The position numbers and the translations under genes were made by a program. The notes under the pieces were generated by a model. The model was given only the letters and a program-made list of their open reading frames with translations. It was not told the DNA's origin and did no database searches. From Candidatus Nanohaloarchaea archaeon (GTDB lineage Archaea > Nanohalarchaeota > Nanosalinia > Nanosalinales > Nanosalinaceae), in contig CP046106.1 in assembly GCA_013343275.1 (NCBI GenBank), positions 1-64,000 on the forward strand: 64,000 nucleotides of DNA. Reading direction: 5' to 3'. Shown in pieces: positions 38,667 to 49,007 of this stretch (its first letter is position 1; each line of letters starts with the position of its first letter).

Positions 38667-39689
38667 ATGTCGGAGCAGGAGAGCTCGGAGCAGCCGAGCG
38701 ATAAGATGCGTGAAAGGATAGATGAGAGCACGTGGAAGCTCTGGGTTTTGATGGAGGCCAACCGCTGGACAGTCGCAGCTGCTCTAGTCTTTACAGTGTT
38801 CGTGTCGATGGTTTTGATCGGTACAGCCGATCCAAGTCCGCTTCAGCACTCGATGGAGGTGTCTGACCCGGCTGAAACGCTTTTCCAGGGATTTCTTACA
38901 ACTATAATAACTGGAGTGACTCTGGTAGTTACTTTGAACCAGCTAGTTCTGTCACAGGAGCTTGGACCGGTAGGAGACCAGAAGGAAAGAATGAAAGAGG
39001 CCATGCAGTTCCGTGAAGATGTGGAAAATGTAATCGAAGAAGTTGTAAGCCCTCAACAGCCCTCCAAATTTTTGAAGTCTCTGCTCGATCAAGTGGAGAA
39101 ACAGTCGGAAGAACTTGAGAGCGCAGTAGGCGATCAAAGCGATGAAATCCACGAATACATCGCTGAATTAAAGAAAAACGCAGGTCAGGTCAGTAAAAGT
39201 TTGGAAAGCTCCGAGTTCGGCAATTTCACGCTTCTATCCGCAGTACTAAACTTCAACTATTCATGGAAAATAGCGCAGACACGCAGAATAAAGAAAGAAC
39301 ATGGGGAAAAACTTGGAGAAGACGTTACTCAAGGCCTGGAAGACCTGGAGGAAACACTCAAACTGTTTGGACCTGCCCGCGAGCACTTCAAAACACTTTA
39401 CTTCCAGTGGGAGCTTGTCAATCTCTCAAGAACAATGCTGTACACAGCACTCCCCGCACTTATCGTTGCAGCATCCATGATAGTATTCTACGATCCGACG
39501 GCAGTATCAGGATATACTCTAGGCCTCAGCAATGATGTGATTCTTGTCAGCATGGCTACAGCAGTCTCAGTCACGCCTTTCATGCTACTGCTCTCCTACA
39601 TCCTCAGAATCGCAACAGTTGCCAAAAGAACGCTGTCCATAGGGCCTTTCGTCTTAAGAGACGAAGACAGAAACACTCAGATCTCCTGA
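38667..39689 (+). CDS. Conserved halophile-type membrane protein
   Basis: TLVVTLNQLVLSQE, REHFKTLYFQWEL, LRIATVAKRT..GPF. Confidence 0.8.
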   Translation: MSEQESSEQPSDKMRERIDESTWKLWVLMEANRWTVAAALVFTVFVSMVLIGTADPSPLQHSMEVSDPAETLFQGFLTTIITGVTLVVTLNQLVLSQELGPVGDQKERMKEAMQFREDVENVIEEVVSPQQPSKFLKSLLDQVEKQSEELESAVGDQSDEIHEYIAELKKNAGQVSKSLESSEFGNFTLLSAVLNFNYSWKIAQTRRIKKEHGEKLGEDVTQGLEDLEETLKLFGPAREHFKTLYFQWELVNLSRTMLYTALPALIVAASMIVFYDPTAVSGYTLGLSNDVILVSMATAVSVTPFMLLLSYILRIATVAKRTLSIGPFVLRDEDRNTQIS

Positions 39690-39761
39690 AAGAGTGGTTC
39701 TCCGAAGACATTTCTTTTCCCCCCCGTTATACAGAAAAAGATCGCTGGAACAAGTACAGGT

Positions 39762-40277
39762 ATGAATACAGTAGTCCTGGGCGGGGGATGCTTCTGGTGC
39801 ACAGAAGCCGCATTCAAAGAACTAGACGGGGTCAAAGAAGTAACATCGGGATACGCAGGAGGCCACACGGAAAACCCAACCTATCGAGAAGTATGCACCG
39901 GAGATACAGGCCACGCAGAAGTCATCAAAGTAGAATACGATGAAGAAAAAATCGGCCTCAGAAAACTGCTGGAGTTCCTCTTCCGAATCCATGACCCCAC
40001 CACCGAAGACCGCCAAGGCCCCGACATCGGTAGCCAGTACCGCTCAATAATACTTTTTGATTCAGAAGAACAGAAACAGGCCGTAGAAGAATTTATCGAG
40101 GAGAAAAGCCCTGAATACAAAGAAAAAATAGTTACCGAAGTCAAAAAACTGGAGAAGTTCTGGCCCGCAGAGGAGAAACATCAGGACTACTTCGAGAAAA
40201 ATCCGAACGACGCATACTGCACAATGCACGCAGGCCCGAAAGTAGAGAAAGCTAAGGGGTTTGGAGACGAGAGATAG
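39762..40277 (+). CDS. msrA: Peptide methionine sulfoxide reductase A
   Basis: GGCFWC, GHAEV, GSQYRS, AEEKHQDY. Confidence 0.97.
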   Translation: MNTVVLGGGCFWCTEAAFKELDGVKEVTSGYAGGHTENPTYREVCTGDTGHAEVIKVEYDEEKIGLRKLLEFLFRIHDPTTEDRQGPDIGSQYRSIILFDSEEQKQAVEEFIEEKSPEYKEKIVTEVKKLEKFWPAEEKHQDYFEKNPNDAYCTMHAGPKVEKAKGFGDER

Positions 40278-40443
40278 ATTATACACCGAGGTTTAGATAG
40301 GTGTACAGTTTGAGCTCCTGAATTTTGACATCAATAAGTTCTGAAAGTTTTCGTCTTTAAATATCTCTTACGGACTGTACACCAACTAAGGCTTAGATGT
40401 ACTGAAAAAGATAGAGTCAGAAGACAAACTTGGTTGAGACAAG

Positions 40444-40899
40444 ATGATCTTTGTATCAAAACTTCTAAATCCTGCATCTGCGCTTGCAAAAGTATTAGAC
40501 TGGTTTTATCTAGATCCGAAGGCTAAAATATCTGAGATTGAAGTTGAACTGAGGGAAATAGAGGATTCTGAAAAGAAAGTTTTCCACTTCAAAATAAAGA
40601 ACAGCTTCAGAAGAGTAAAAAATTGTACTGTATGGGTCGAGAGCGAAGGACGGAACGGTATTTACGGTAAGAAAAATATAGGCTCCTTGAAGCCATTTGA
40701 GCTTTTCGAAGCTGACGCATGTAGGGTCAGAGAAGAGAAAGTTCAAAATCTCACTTTCAAATTTGAAGTCGATGGATATCCTCAGGAAGAAAAATTTCTC
40801 TATGACTTTCTGAAAGCCGCTGAAGGTGGATTAAGCTTGATCAAACTTAGCTTGAAAGTTTGGGCCAGACGGGATTTGAACCCGCGACCACTTGGTTAA
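40444..40899 (+). CDS. Hypothetical protein, AT-rich; 3' end runs antisense into tRNA-Lys
   Basis: 151 aa ORF; last residues WARRDLNPRPLG are the tRNA antisense reading. Confidence 0.5.
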   Translation: MIFVSKLLNPASALAKVLDWFYLDPKAKISEIEVELREIEDSEKKVFHFKIKNSFRRVKNCTVWVESEGRNGIYGKKNIGSLKPFELFEADACRVREEKVQNLTFKFEVDGYPQEEKFLYDFLKAAEGGLSLIKLSLKVWARRDLNPRPLG

Positions 40900-40934
40900 G
40901 AGCCAAGCGCTCTGCCAGACTGAGCTACCGGCCC
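40861..40934 (-). tRNA. tRNA-Lys(CUU)
   Basis: GGGCCGG/CTGGCCC, CTTGG-CTCTTAA-CCAAG, TTCAAAT. Confidence 0.96.
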
Positions 40935-40993
40935 ATTAGGAGTATGTTGTGGTAAGGTCGGTTGGTTCAGATGAGAAGCATAGTTGCTTCGTG

Positions 40994-41008
40994 CTGAGCT
41001 ACCGGCCC
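40994..41008 (-). repeat. Exact copy of the first 15 nt of tRNA-Lys
   Basis: GGGCCGGTAGCTCAG at 40994-41008 and 40920-40934. Confidence 0.9.
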
Positions 41009-41115
41009 GTCAGTCTGTATGAATTATTCAGGTGGAAAATCTTTATAGTAGATATGCTGTGTAAGGGTTTGTGGTTTAAGCTTTCGGCCCTAATTATAGT
41101 GATGCGCAGTAGAAA

Positions 41116-41520
41116 ATGATCGGAAATTTTTCTGACGACTTTGGCGATCTATACGTTTTCTTTGACGAAGGCGAAGTTGAAAACCTTGAATCCGGACCTG
41201 TAACTGGTACTGTTGTTGATGCTGACAGTCCTGATCTTAGCGCAGGTAGTATTGAGGTTGTTTACGAGCCTGACCTTCAGTGCTCCAGGCCGCTGGCCGG
41301 TAGAGAAAATGAGGAAGGTTCCGTAGGCGAGTTTCAGGTTGTTGTAGGTGAGAATACCTACAATGATTTGTTGGATGGTGAGGCCTACAGCAGTCCTGCA
41401 GGAGACTACCAGAGTCTTCCAAGCGATGCAGATATACGTATGATGCCGCCTGGTGAAACAGGAGATCTAGACTACCTTCTGGAAGAGCTGGATGAACTGA
41501 AGGAAAACTACATCAAATGA
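41116..41520 (+). CDS. Hypothetical acidic protein
   Basis: 134 aa D/E-rich ORF. Confidence 0.65.
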   Translation: MIGNFSDDFGDLYVFFDEGEVENLESGPVTGTVVDADSPDLSAGSIEVVYEPDLQCSRPLAGRENEEGSVGEFQVVVGENTYNDLLDGEAYSSPAGDYQSLPSDADIRMMPPGETGDLDYLLEELDELKENYIK

Positions 41521-42244
41521 CTTCTTTCTTAACTTCGTCAACGTACTTGTCGGCCTCGTAGGTAGGTCTCGGCAGCTTGTAGTCTCCAGCAAACTGTAAT
41601 GCTATCTCTGCAGCAGTCTCCTCTCCGAGTCTGTGACCGGGGCTCACGTATACTGGGTTAATACCGTACGAGGAGCTGTACTGTTTGGTCTGAACTGCGT
41701 AACCTATAACACCATTGTAAGTCTCAACTCTGTCGTCAGCCTTAATAGCTACTTTTTCTCCTTTATCCAGCTCGCTGATATCGGATACAGGATCTCCGCA
41801 GAGAAGGTTCTTTGCAATACCTAGAGCAGGAATATCAAATATGACTCCTATATGGGTAGCGATACCGGCCTCACGGAAATGTATTCTCCCGCTACCATCC
41901 AGAATCAACAGATCGGGTTCAGCCTCCAGCTTTTCCAGTACAGATACTATGGAGTGGCCTTCCCTGAATGCCAGTAGGCCTGGAATGTAGGGTAGAGGTG
42001 TTTCCTCCAGAACATACTCTTTCTCGATGACCTCTCCATCTCTGAGCACTACAGCGCCGCTCAGAATCTGGTCGTCAAGAAAGGCCTGATCGATACCTAC
42101 TACGGTCTTCTCCTCTATATCTTCTGGCTGGAAATCTATCTGGTTATGGAATACTGCTTTCTCAGCGATCTCTCGCTGTAACTGATTCATTTCCTCTGTT
42201 TCAAGGCCTTCTTCTGGTATAAATTTCGGGTTGACTGGTTCCAT
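41513..42244 (-). CDS. nfi: Endonuclease V
   Basis: PYIPGLLAFRE, DGSGRIH, GIAK, PVYVSPGH. Confidence 0.95.
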   Translation of the reverse strand: MEPVNPKFIPEEGLETEEMNQLQREIAEKAVFHNQIDFQPEDIEEKTVVGIDQAFLDDQILSGAVVLRDGEVIEKEYVLEETPLPYIPGLLAFREGHSIVSVLEKLEAEPDLLILDGSGRIHFREAGIATHIGVIFDIPALGIAKNLLCGDPVSDISELDKGEKVAIKADDRVETYNGVIGYAVQTKQYSSSYGINPVYVSPGHRLGEETAAEIALQFAGDYKLPRPTYEADKYVDEVKKEVI

Positions 42245-42280
42245 AGGAAAATAAGAGAAAGGAAAATGTTTAGAATGAAC

Positions 42281-42820
42281 TTATTGCTGGGTTGGTTCCT
42301 GTTGCTGTTGCGGGTTCTGTCGCTGGCCCTGCTGTGGCTGAGAATTCTGTTCTGGATGCTCTGTGACTACTACTGTTCCTGCAAGTCTGTCGAAAAGTCT
42401 CTGTCTTCTGTCGCTTGCAGCCATAGAGATGAGCGCTACTATGTAGAAGAATGTTACATAGACATACGTTATTCCAGGGATGTTTCTTACTAGGGCTGCG
42501 CCTTTTGTTACTTGATCTCCGTTCTCTTTGACTACTTTTATTCCCATAAGCCTTTTTCCAAGCGTTTGGCCGTCCCAGTATCCTTCGAGCAGGAATCCGT
42601 AACCTACTAGTGAGAAGATACCAATAATTACTCCTACTCCTGCGAAGGCTGATGCAATTTCGCTTTCGGCTCCGCCAGCAGCAGTACCTACTAGCGTAAA
42701 GCCAAATAGGACTACAAAGAAGAGGGTTAACGTAGCAAATACATCTACAATTTGGGCTACAACTCTCTTTCCAATTACATCAGTATCTTGTCGGGTAGGT
42801 TCTCGATTATAACCTTCCAT
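42281..42820 (-). CDS. RDD family membrane protein
   Basis: KRVVAQIVD, GQTLGKRLMGIKVV, QRLFDRLAGTVVV. Confidence 0.92.
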   Translation of the reverse strand: MEGYNREPTRQDTDVIGKRVVAQIVDVFATLTLFFVVLFGFTLVGTAAGGAESEIASAFAGVGVIIGIFSLVGYGFLLEGYWDGQTLGKRLMGIKVVKENGDQVTKGAALVRNIPGITYVYVTFFYIVALISMAASDRRQRLFDRLAGTVVVTEHPEQNSQPQQGQRQNPQQQQEPTQQ

Positions 42821-42882
42821 ACGTTCGTTGTAGCTTCTATAATTAAAAAATTGCAGGATAACTAGGAGAGGAAAAGAAGGAT

Positions 42883-43437
42883 TTATTCTTTGAGCTCGGT
42901 CTTTCTGATCTCGAGCTCTCGGAATGGGTAGATCTTGTTGGCCTTCTCTCTCATGTCCTCCTGTACGTTGTCGAGGAAGATGTTCTCCATGAACTCCTCG
43001 TAGCTCTGTTCGGAAGCTTTCTCGTCGAGGATATCTGAGAGTTCTTTTCTGACGGCCTTAAGTGTCTCGGAGGAAGTCTTCTTCAGTGTTGCTCCGATAA
43101 CCTTTACTCTAACAGTTCTACCATCCTTCGTGGTTGTGTCGTGGACTAGATCCATTCTGTCGGATCTTTTCCTGATCATTCGGGATACGAATTCGGAAGA
43201 ACATTCCATTCCGTCAATCTCTGTGAAGGCCTTGTTGCCTTCAACTTCTGTAACCTTCAGGGTTACATCTACGTAGTATTTGCTTGTTTCTTCCATCATT
43301 TCGTTCAGGCCTTCCTTTACTGTTCGGCCGACAACCTGCGATTGTTTCTCCGCCGGTGTCTCTCCTACTTCGTCGACACTGAAAATGTCTGGCGCCTGAA
43401 TCTCGTACCAGTTTTTCTGAATAACAGCCTTAGCCAT
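42883..43437 (-). CDS. rps3ae: 30S ribosomal protein S3Ae
   Basis: KNWYEIQAP, KIYPFRELEIRK. Confidence 0.93.
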   Translation of the reverse strand: MAKAVIQKNWYEIQAPDIFSVDEVGETPAEKQSQVVGRTVKEGLNEMMEETSKYYVDVTLKVTEVEGNKAFTEIDGMECSSEFVSRMIRKRSDRMDLVHDTTTKDGRTVRVKVIGATLKKTSSETLKAVRKELSDILDEKASEQSYEEFMENIFLDNVQEDMREKANKIYPFRELEIRKTELKE

Positions 43438-43490
43438 ACCAAGAACTCAAACTCAAAACTTTATAAACGGTATGTCTTCCCTTGTGTAGT

Positions 43491-44222
43491 ATGGACTTAG
43501 AGTTCTACAATGAGGAAAAGCATGACTATTTCCTTGACACATTTACAGACTATTCGAGAGAGCCTACGGAGGAGGAAGAGGAGTTTTTCCGGCCTGAACT
43601 TGAACAAATCGTTGAAGACATTTCTGAGGTAACAGGTCAATCTGATGATTTCAAGCTGTACTATGCGATGACTGATGAAGATGCTCTTGATGATGACCTT
43701 CCGATTAACAGGTATGTTCATGGTTTCTCCTTCGCAGAGTGGATGGAAGGATTTGACAGAGATGTAGTCATGATTCGTGCGGTAAATGACAGAGAGGACT
43801 GGAGGCCGTGCCTGGTCAATATGCTGGCCCATGAAATGGCTCATCAAGAATACTATTCGAAGAATAAAACGGCACCATACACTAATCTGCAAAATCTTGT
43901 CTTTGAAGGCCATGCTATGAACAGGGCTGAACAGGTAGCGGAGGAGCTTGATCTGGAATGGAGCCCTCATTACCGTTCGGAAGAGCCGCCTGAAATTGAT
44001 TCAGGTGCAATAATTCAGGTCCTGGATAAGAACAGGAATCAGGGCTCGGAAGATATATTCAGCAACGGCGGCGAATTATGTGAACAGGCTGAAGGGTACC
44101 AGATAGCATACCTCACGGTAGACTATCTTGTTAATGAGAAAGATATTGGGCTTGGCGAGCTGCCGGGAGAAGAGAGTTTGAGGGAAGAAGTTGAAGAGGC
44201 CTTGACAGAGGTTCTAAACTAG
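43491..44222 (+). CDS. Putative Zn-dependent metallopeptidase (DUF2268-like)
   Basis: AHEMAH, FEG, GYQIAY. Confidence 0.75.
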   Translation: MDLEFYNEEKHDYFLDTFTDYSREPTEEEEEFFRPELEQIVEDISEVTGQSDDFKLYYAMTDEDALDDDLPINRYVHGFSFAEWMEGFDRDVVMIRAVNDREDWRPCLVNMLAHEMAHQEYYSKNKTAPYTNLQNLVFEGHAMNRAEQVAEELDLEWSPHYRSEEPPEIDSGAIIQVLDKNRNQGSEDIFSNGGELCEQAEGYQIAYLTVDYLVNEKDIGLGELPGEESLREEVEEALTEVLN

Positions 44223-45581
44223 GGCCTCTATTTCCTCGTTCAGTCTCTCAATGAAATTCTCTTTCTCGCTTTCTGGGATCATTGCTCCTGCTGCGATGTT
44301 GTGGCCTCCTCCCTCTCCGTCGATTTCTTCGCAGATTGCTTCGATTACTTCTCCGAGGTTGAGGCCTGCTTCTACTGCTTCTTTTGATGCTCGGGAGGAT
44401 ACTTTCATCTTGTCCTTATCGGATTCTGCGATCCCCATGACGACTGGTGAGTTGAACAGGCCATTGCTCATTGTGATGGTGGTGACGGTTCCGATGAAGT
44501 CGTCTTCGATATTGTCTTTTCCATCGATTACGCCTATAGTGTCTTCATATACCACTTCGTCATCTTCCTTGTTGTTTTCGACGTAGCGAAGCGATGAGGA
44601 GATTTTACGTCCGTATTTTGTCGATATCTTATCTGCCAGCTCGAGGTCGTTCTCCAGAAGTATTTTGACTCCTTTCTTCGGCTGGCCTAGGCGGCCACAT
44701 GCGTTGATTACTGTTGAGAACTCGTCGATCTCGTAGCCGTTGTCCAGAGTGTAGATGTCATTGAGAAGCTCTTGAACAGGGAAGCCACGCCGGATCATGG
44801 CGTTAATCAGTTTTTTCTCCTCTTCTTCATCTAGGTCGGATAGTGTGCGGAAGTCTCCATTTTCTCTGATGTCTAGGCCTGCGGATTTCACTAGCTGGAT
44901 TGCTCCGGACTCGTTGTTGGATACTCCTTCCAGATGAGGATCCGTGGTATACATCAGGGACTTCTGCAGTGGTTTAGTGGAGCGACCGTAGAGATCGAGG
45001 CCCTTCCTTTTCTCTACGTGTCCTTTCTCTATTGCTTCTTCTGCCAGATCCTGGTTGAGCCCCATAAACTCTCCTTCCTGCTTCTGTACGTCTCCTGTAG
45101 CTCCAATCAATGCATATTTAACAAGATCGTCGTTCTCTTCGTCGACTGCCTTCGCAAGGAGATAGGTCATTCCTGCTGCGGAGATGGCTTCTCCTCCGTC
45201 GTGGCCGAGGAAGTGCGGGTTCATATGGATGAATCGTTCGCCGTCACCTTCGATCTGTGGTTCGTGGTGATCTGATACAATTACGTCTTTGTCGGTTTCG
45301 TCAATTATGTATTCTTTCAGGAACTTTGACTGGCCGGATCCTATGTCTACGAACAGCAGAAGGCCTTCGTCTTCTTCTGCGATCCTTTCTACGTCTTCTT
45401 CGTATAGCTGTCTGAGTATTTCGTATTCGAAGTCTTTTCCGAGCCTTTCGAGCATCTGATGTGCTACTGCTGTGGCGTTGATACCATCGGCGTCGTACTG
45501 GCCGATTAACCGGATTTTACCTTCGTAATCTCTGATCTTCTCTGCAGCTGGCTGGGCTGCGTCTAGAATGTCTTGAACCAT
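44214..45581 (-). CDS. DHH-family RecJ/Cdc45-like (GAN) protein
   Basis: DADG, DHH, GGGHNIAAG; adjacent to rps15 and rps3ae as in the conserved cluster. Confidence 0.92.
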   Translation of the reverse strand: MVQDILDAAQPAAEKIRDYEGKIRLIGQYDADGINATAVAHQMLERLGKDFEYEILRQLYEEDVERIAEEDEGLLLFVDIGSGQSKFLKEYIIDETDKDVIVSDHHEPQIEGDGERFIHMNPHFLGHDGGEAISAAGMTYLLAKAVDEENDDLVKYALIGATGDVQKQEGEFMGLNQDLAEEAIEKGHVEKRKGLDLYGRSTKPLQKSLMYTTDPHLEGVSNNESGAIQLVKSAGLDIRENGDFRTLSDLDEEEEKKLINAMIRRGFPVQELLNDIYTLDNGYEIDEFSTVINACGRLGQPKKGVKILLENDLELADKISTKYGRKISSSLRYVENNKEDDEVVYEDTIGVIDGKDNIEDDFIGTVTTITMSNGLFNSPVVMGIAESDKDKMKVSSRASKEAVEAGLNLGEVIEAICEEIDGEGGGHNIAAGAMIPESEKENFIERLNEEIEALV

Positions 45582-45659
45582 GTATTTTCAGTTCAGTTAG
45601 AATCTCTTTTATCCTTTATGCAGATGGAGAAATTAGAAAGAAATAGGTAGGTGGGGAAA

Positions 45660-46100
45660 TTACCGTTCTTCACGTTCGTACTCCCAGTCGTCGTCAATCC
45701 GGCCTTCATCTCTGTAGTAGGAAGCCAGTCTTCTGATCTTGGCCTCTACAAGACTCAACCTTCTATCGGCGTCTTCATCCTTCTGGTTGTCCTCGAGATG
45801 GTCCTGAATGTTTTCGGCCTTCTCGACCAGGTTGTTCAGATCCTCAGGTAGTTCATCCTGAGCATCGTTCTCCTCAAGGATTGTAGTAATCTTCTTACCT
45901 GTAACTGTCTTGACATCAGGAATTCCGTACTCGTCTCTGAGCTTCATTCCGATCTGTGAAGGATCATTACCTTCTTCCTTCAGCTTAACGACGAGCTCTT
46001 CAACTTCGTCCTCATCGTAGTCAAGCCAGTCAGGCTGTTTCTTGTCTACAGGGTTTGAACTTCCTGAACTTCCACGTGAACTCTTGTGCATTCTGCTCAT
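45660..46100 (-). CDS. rps15: 30S ribosomal protein S15
   Basis: MSRMH, SQIGMKLRDEYGIP, EAKIRRL..YY. Confidence 0.97.
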   Translation of the reverse strand: MSRMHKSSRGSSGSSNPVDKKQPDWLDYDEDEVEELVVKLKEEGNDPSQIGMKLRDEYGIPDVKTVTGKKITTILEENDAQDELPEDLNNLVEKAENIQDHLEDNQKDEDADRRLSLVEAKIRRLASYYRDEGRIDDDWEYEREER

Positions 46101-46218
46101 AATTTTATCACATACCGATCCGGTCAAGCACCAAAGCTTTCCCGGTCTCTAAAACAAACACTGACTGGAAATTATTTTAAAACAGGGTCTAGTTATAACG
46201 GGCTCAAGGGAAAATTGT

Positions 46219-46743
46219 TCAACAGCTCCATAATCCTTTCTCTTTTCTTTTCGCCTGTTTCTCCTGCCTGAGATAGATGCCTTCCCTGGAGAACTTGCCT
46301 GTATACACTCTTGCCAGGCCTTTCTCTACAAGCAAACGGTTTACAGAACTGTTATCTTCGTATACATAGGCCAGCAGTCTTCCGTACTCTCCACGTCTGT
46401 CTGCTGAGCTATCGGTTCTGTACTTTATCTGGCTGTCAAGCTTCTGCTCTAGGAACTCTGCTGCTCTCTCACCGTAACTCTCAAGGCATCTCCTGTTGGA
46501 GAAAGTATCTCTGAGGCCGAATTCCTGAGGAGTATTTGCTGAATTAGTTTCTGGTGCATCAACGCCCAGCAATCGGATAGTGATTTCCTGGCCTCCGCTC
46601 TCTACATCGATGGTGTCGCCGTCCACTACCTCTATCAGCGTGGCGTTACTCTTGACAGGTTCTGGTTCGGCCTGATATGCTGTGGCGGTGATAACTGCCA
46701 GAAAAAGTATTCCAAATACTTCGGGAGACAGTAGCTTTCTCAT
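46219..46743 (-). CDS. Secreted thermonuclease (SNase) family
   Basis: VVDGDTI, IRLLGVDAPE, YGRLLAYV, KGLWS. Confidence 0.93.
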   Translation of the reverse strand: MRKLLSPEVFGILFLAVITATAYQAEPEPVKSNATLIEVVDGDTIDVESGGQEITIRLLGVDAPETNSANTPQEFGLRDTFSNRRCLESYGERAAEFLEQKLDSQIKYRTDSSADRRGEYGRLLAYVYEDNSSVNRLLVEKGLARVYTGKFSREGIYLRQEKQAKRKEKGLWSC

Positions 46744-46750
46744 AGATTTT

Positions 46751-47323
46751 TTACTTGTAGCGGCCTCTCCTTTCCACTTCCTTCAGCTGTTCTAGGACTT
46801 TATCTGCTTCGCTGTACTTTCTGTAGCCTTCTACAAATTTCTCCCAGGCCTCTTCAGCTACTTCCGGGTGTGAGCTGTTCAGAACCTGTTTCAGCAGGTG
46901 TATATCGACGGCTTTGTCCTCGACTCTGTCTGAGTGGAACGCCAGGCCGAAATCTATAATGTAGATGTAGTCGTTGCTGACTGCGTTGCTGGTGGTTAGG
47001 TCTCCGTGGACTATATCTGTGTCGTGGAGTAGTGCAACGTTCTCTCCAAGCGATTTCATCTTCTCTACATCTTCTTCAAGTACTTCTTTCAGCTGCAGGC
47101 CTTCAATCCTCTGCATCTTGATGACTGAGTCTTCCTGATCGAGGATTTCCGGAACATTTACTCCGTGCTTCTTGGCTTTCTTCATTATCCGGGCCTCTGT
47201 CTTCGTTCTCTCTGTCCTGATCTTGCTGTCAAGTTCCGGATGCCTGTACTTCTTCGGCTCTCTGGTCTTCACTACTCTGTCATCGGTTATTTCTATTACG
47301 GCCTCAGCTCCTCTGAAACTCAT
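46751..47323 (-). CDS. bud32: KEOPS kinase Bud32
   Basis: RGAEA, KYRHPELD, HGDLTTSN, IDFGL, RGRY. Confidence 0.96.
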   Translation of the reverse strand: MSFRGAEAVIEITDDRVVKTREPKKYRHPELDSKIRTERTKTEARIMKKAKKHGVNVPEILDQEDSVIKMQRIEGLQLKEVLEEDVEKMKSLGENVALLHDTDIVHGDLTTSNAVSNDYIYIIDFGLAFHSDRVEDKAVDIHLLKQVLNSSHPEVAEEAWEKFVEGYRKYSEADKVLEQLKEVERRGRYK

Positions 47324-47351
47324 ACTGTGTTACTGGTGTGTTCACTCTTTT

Positions 47352-49007
47352 TTATCCTTCATCCGACTGCAGGTATCTTCTGAGTTCCAGCATGTTCTTC
47401 CTGCGCAGCTCCTCCTTGTAGTTCCTGTTCTCCATAATCCCCTCTATATGGTCTGCCAGCAGCTCGGCCCCGGTCATGTCCGGAATATTAACGTAGACAA
47501 CATTCAATGACTTCAGCAGCTCCTTGGTCTCTTCGACGCTTTCTGAACGTAGAATTCGGTCGGCATCGGTTTCCAGGCCTACTATTTTTTCTGAGGCCTT
47601 TCGCAGTGGTATAGTTGATATTATCAGTTTGGCCTTGTCTGCCCTGGCTTTTTTCCATGTCTCATCCTCCATTATATCGCTGAAAATGTAGTTGTCTCCT
47701 CTGTCATGCAGTTCCTCTACTTTCTCTGGGTCGTTCTCAAGTACAACGAACTGCTGTTCCTCTTCCTTCAGTTTGTCAGCCAGTCTTTTACCCTGTGTAT
47801 CGTATCCTACCAGTATCACATGTTTTTCCAGTGCGCCGTCTACATGAGTTCTTATGGTGTCTTCTGCATCCGGAAGCAGGTCATGCCTCGACATGAAGCT
47901 GTAGATATCTTCTTTGTGTCTCTGGGTGTATGATGAGATCAGCATGCTTGTTGTAGCTGTCAGGATAATGGCCTGGAAAAGAGCGTCATCCATTATACCT
48001 ACCAGGTGTGTCTGGATTGCGATTATCAGCGAGAGCTCGCTTACCTGGTCGATACTCATCCCGGTGAGGTACGAGGTTCTCTTGTTGTGGCCCTGCATGA
48101 TCAGAGATGTTATCACCATGTAAGGCTTGAATACCGAGGTTATTGCAAGAAGCAGGGCTGAGATCAGCAGTATCCGAGAGTTAGGGAAGGTGATTAATGC
48201 ACCTAGAGATACGAAGAAGATGGCTGAGAAGAAGTCTTTCAGCGATCCTGTGGTGTCAAGTATTTCGATGTTGTAAGGGTATTTCGATACTGCGAATCCT
48301 GCGGCAAAGCTTCCTGCAGCTATGGAAATGTCCAGGTACTGCGCTATCCCGATGAATCCGGAGAGAATACTTATGGAGAAGAGCATCATTAGCTCTCTTG
48401 AACCTTCTGTTAGCCTGGTCAGCTGGTCGAAGAGGTACTGGCGGAAGACTACTGCGCCGAGAATCATGGAAAGGCCATAGTACAGGTTCTGAGGTATGTT
48501 GGTGAGCATTGTTTCTGTGCTGCCGAGCGCTATAAGTATCAGTACAGCGATAACGTCCTGTGTCAGGTGTATGGACTCTGCCAGTCGGCCGTGTGTAAGA
48601 TTAATGTGTATCTCCCTGTCCAGCAGATCCAGGCCTACCAGTGTAGAGCTCAGTACTGCGGCCAGCATGAAGAGGATGCTGTTCAGAAGGTTGAATCCGA
48701 AAAGGTAATGCCCTAGAGCAAGGCTGAAACCACCGATTACTGCTATCTGGACTGCGCCTGCTATCTGGCTCTCCCGGGCTACAGAGGTAAGTCTTTCGGG
48801 ATCCATTTTCACTCCGAAGATGAAAACCAGGAAGGACAGGCCTATCTGCACGAAGGAAAGCATCTCCTGCTGGGGGAAGAACCTTCCTACCAACACTCCT
48901 GCAAGTATGTAAGCGGGTATAGCAGGGTGATCGAAGTAGTCCATAACAAGCAGTATTGCTGAGGAAGCTACGAACACTGCTGTCAGAATATTTATCAGTT
49001 CTGAGAT
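47352..49007 (-). CDS. Kef-type K+/H+ antiporter with TrkA-N domain (start uncertain: ATC 49007, ATA 48995 or GTG 48977)
   Basis: CPA2 TM region, LKDFFSAIFF, HVILVGY. Confidence 0.88.
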   Translation of the reverse strand: MSELINILTAVFVASSAILLVMDYFDHPAIPAYILAGVLVGRFFPQQEMLSFVQIGLSFLVFIFGVKMDPERLTSVARESQIAGAVQIAVIGGFSLALGHYLFGFNLLNSILFMLAAVLSSTLVGLDLLDREIHINLTHGRLAESIHLTQDVIAVLILIALGSTETMLTNIPQNLYYGLSMILGAVVFRQYLFDQLTRLTEGSRELMMLFSISILSGFIGIAQYLDISIAAGSFAAGFAVSKYPYNIEILDTTGSLKDFFSAIFFVSLGALITFPNSRILLISALLLAITSVFKPYMVITSLIMQGHNKRTSYLTGMSIDQVSELSLIIAIQTHLVGIMDDALFQAIILTATTSMLISSYTQRHKEDIYSFMSRHDLLPDAEDTIRTHVDGALEKHVILVGYDTQGKRLADKLKEEEQQFVVLENDPEKVEELHDRGDNYIFSDIMEDETWKKARADKAKLIISTIPLRKASEKIVGLETDADRILRSESVEETKELLKSLNVVYVNIPDMTGAELLADHIEGIMENRNYKEELRRKNMLELRRYLQSDEG

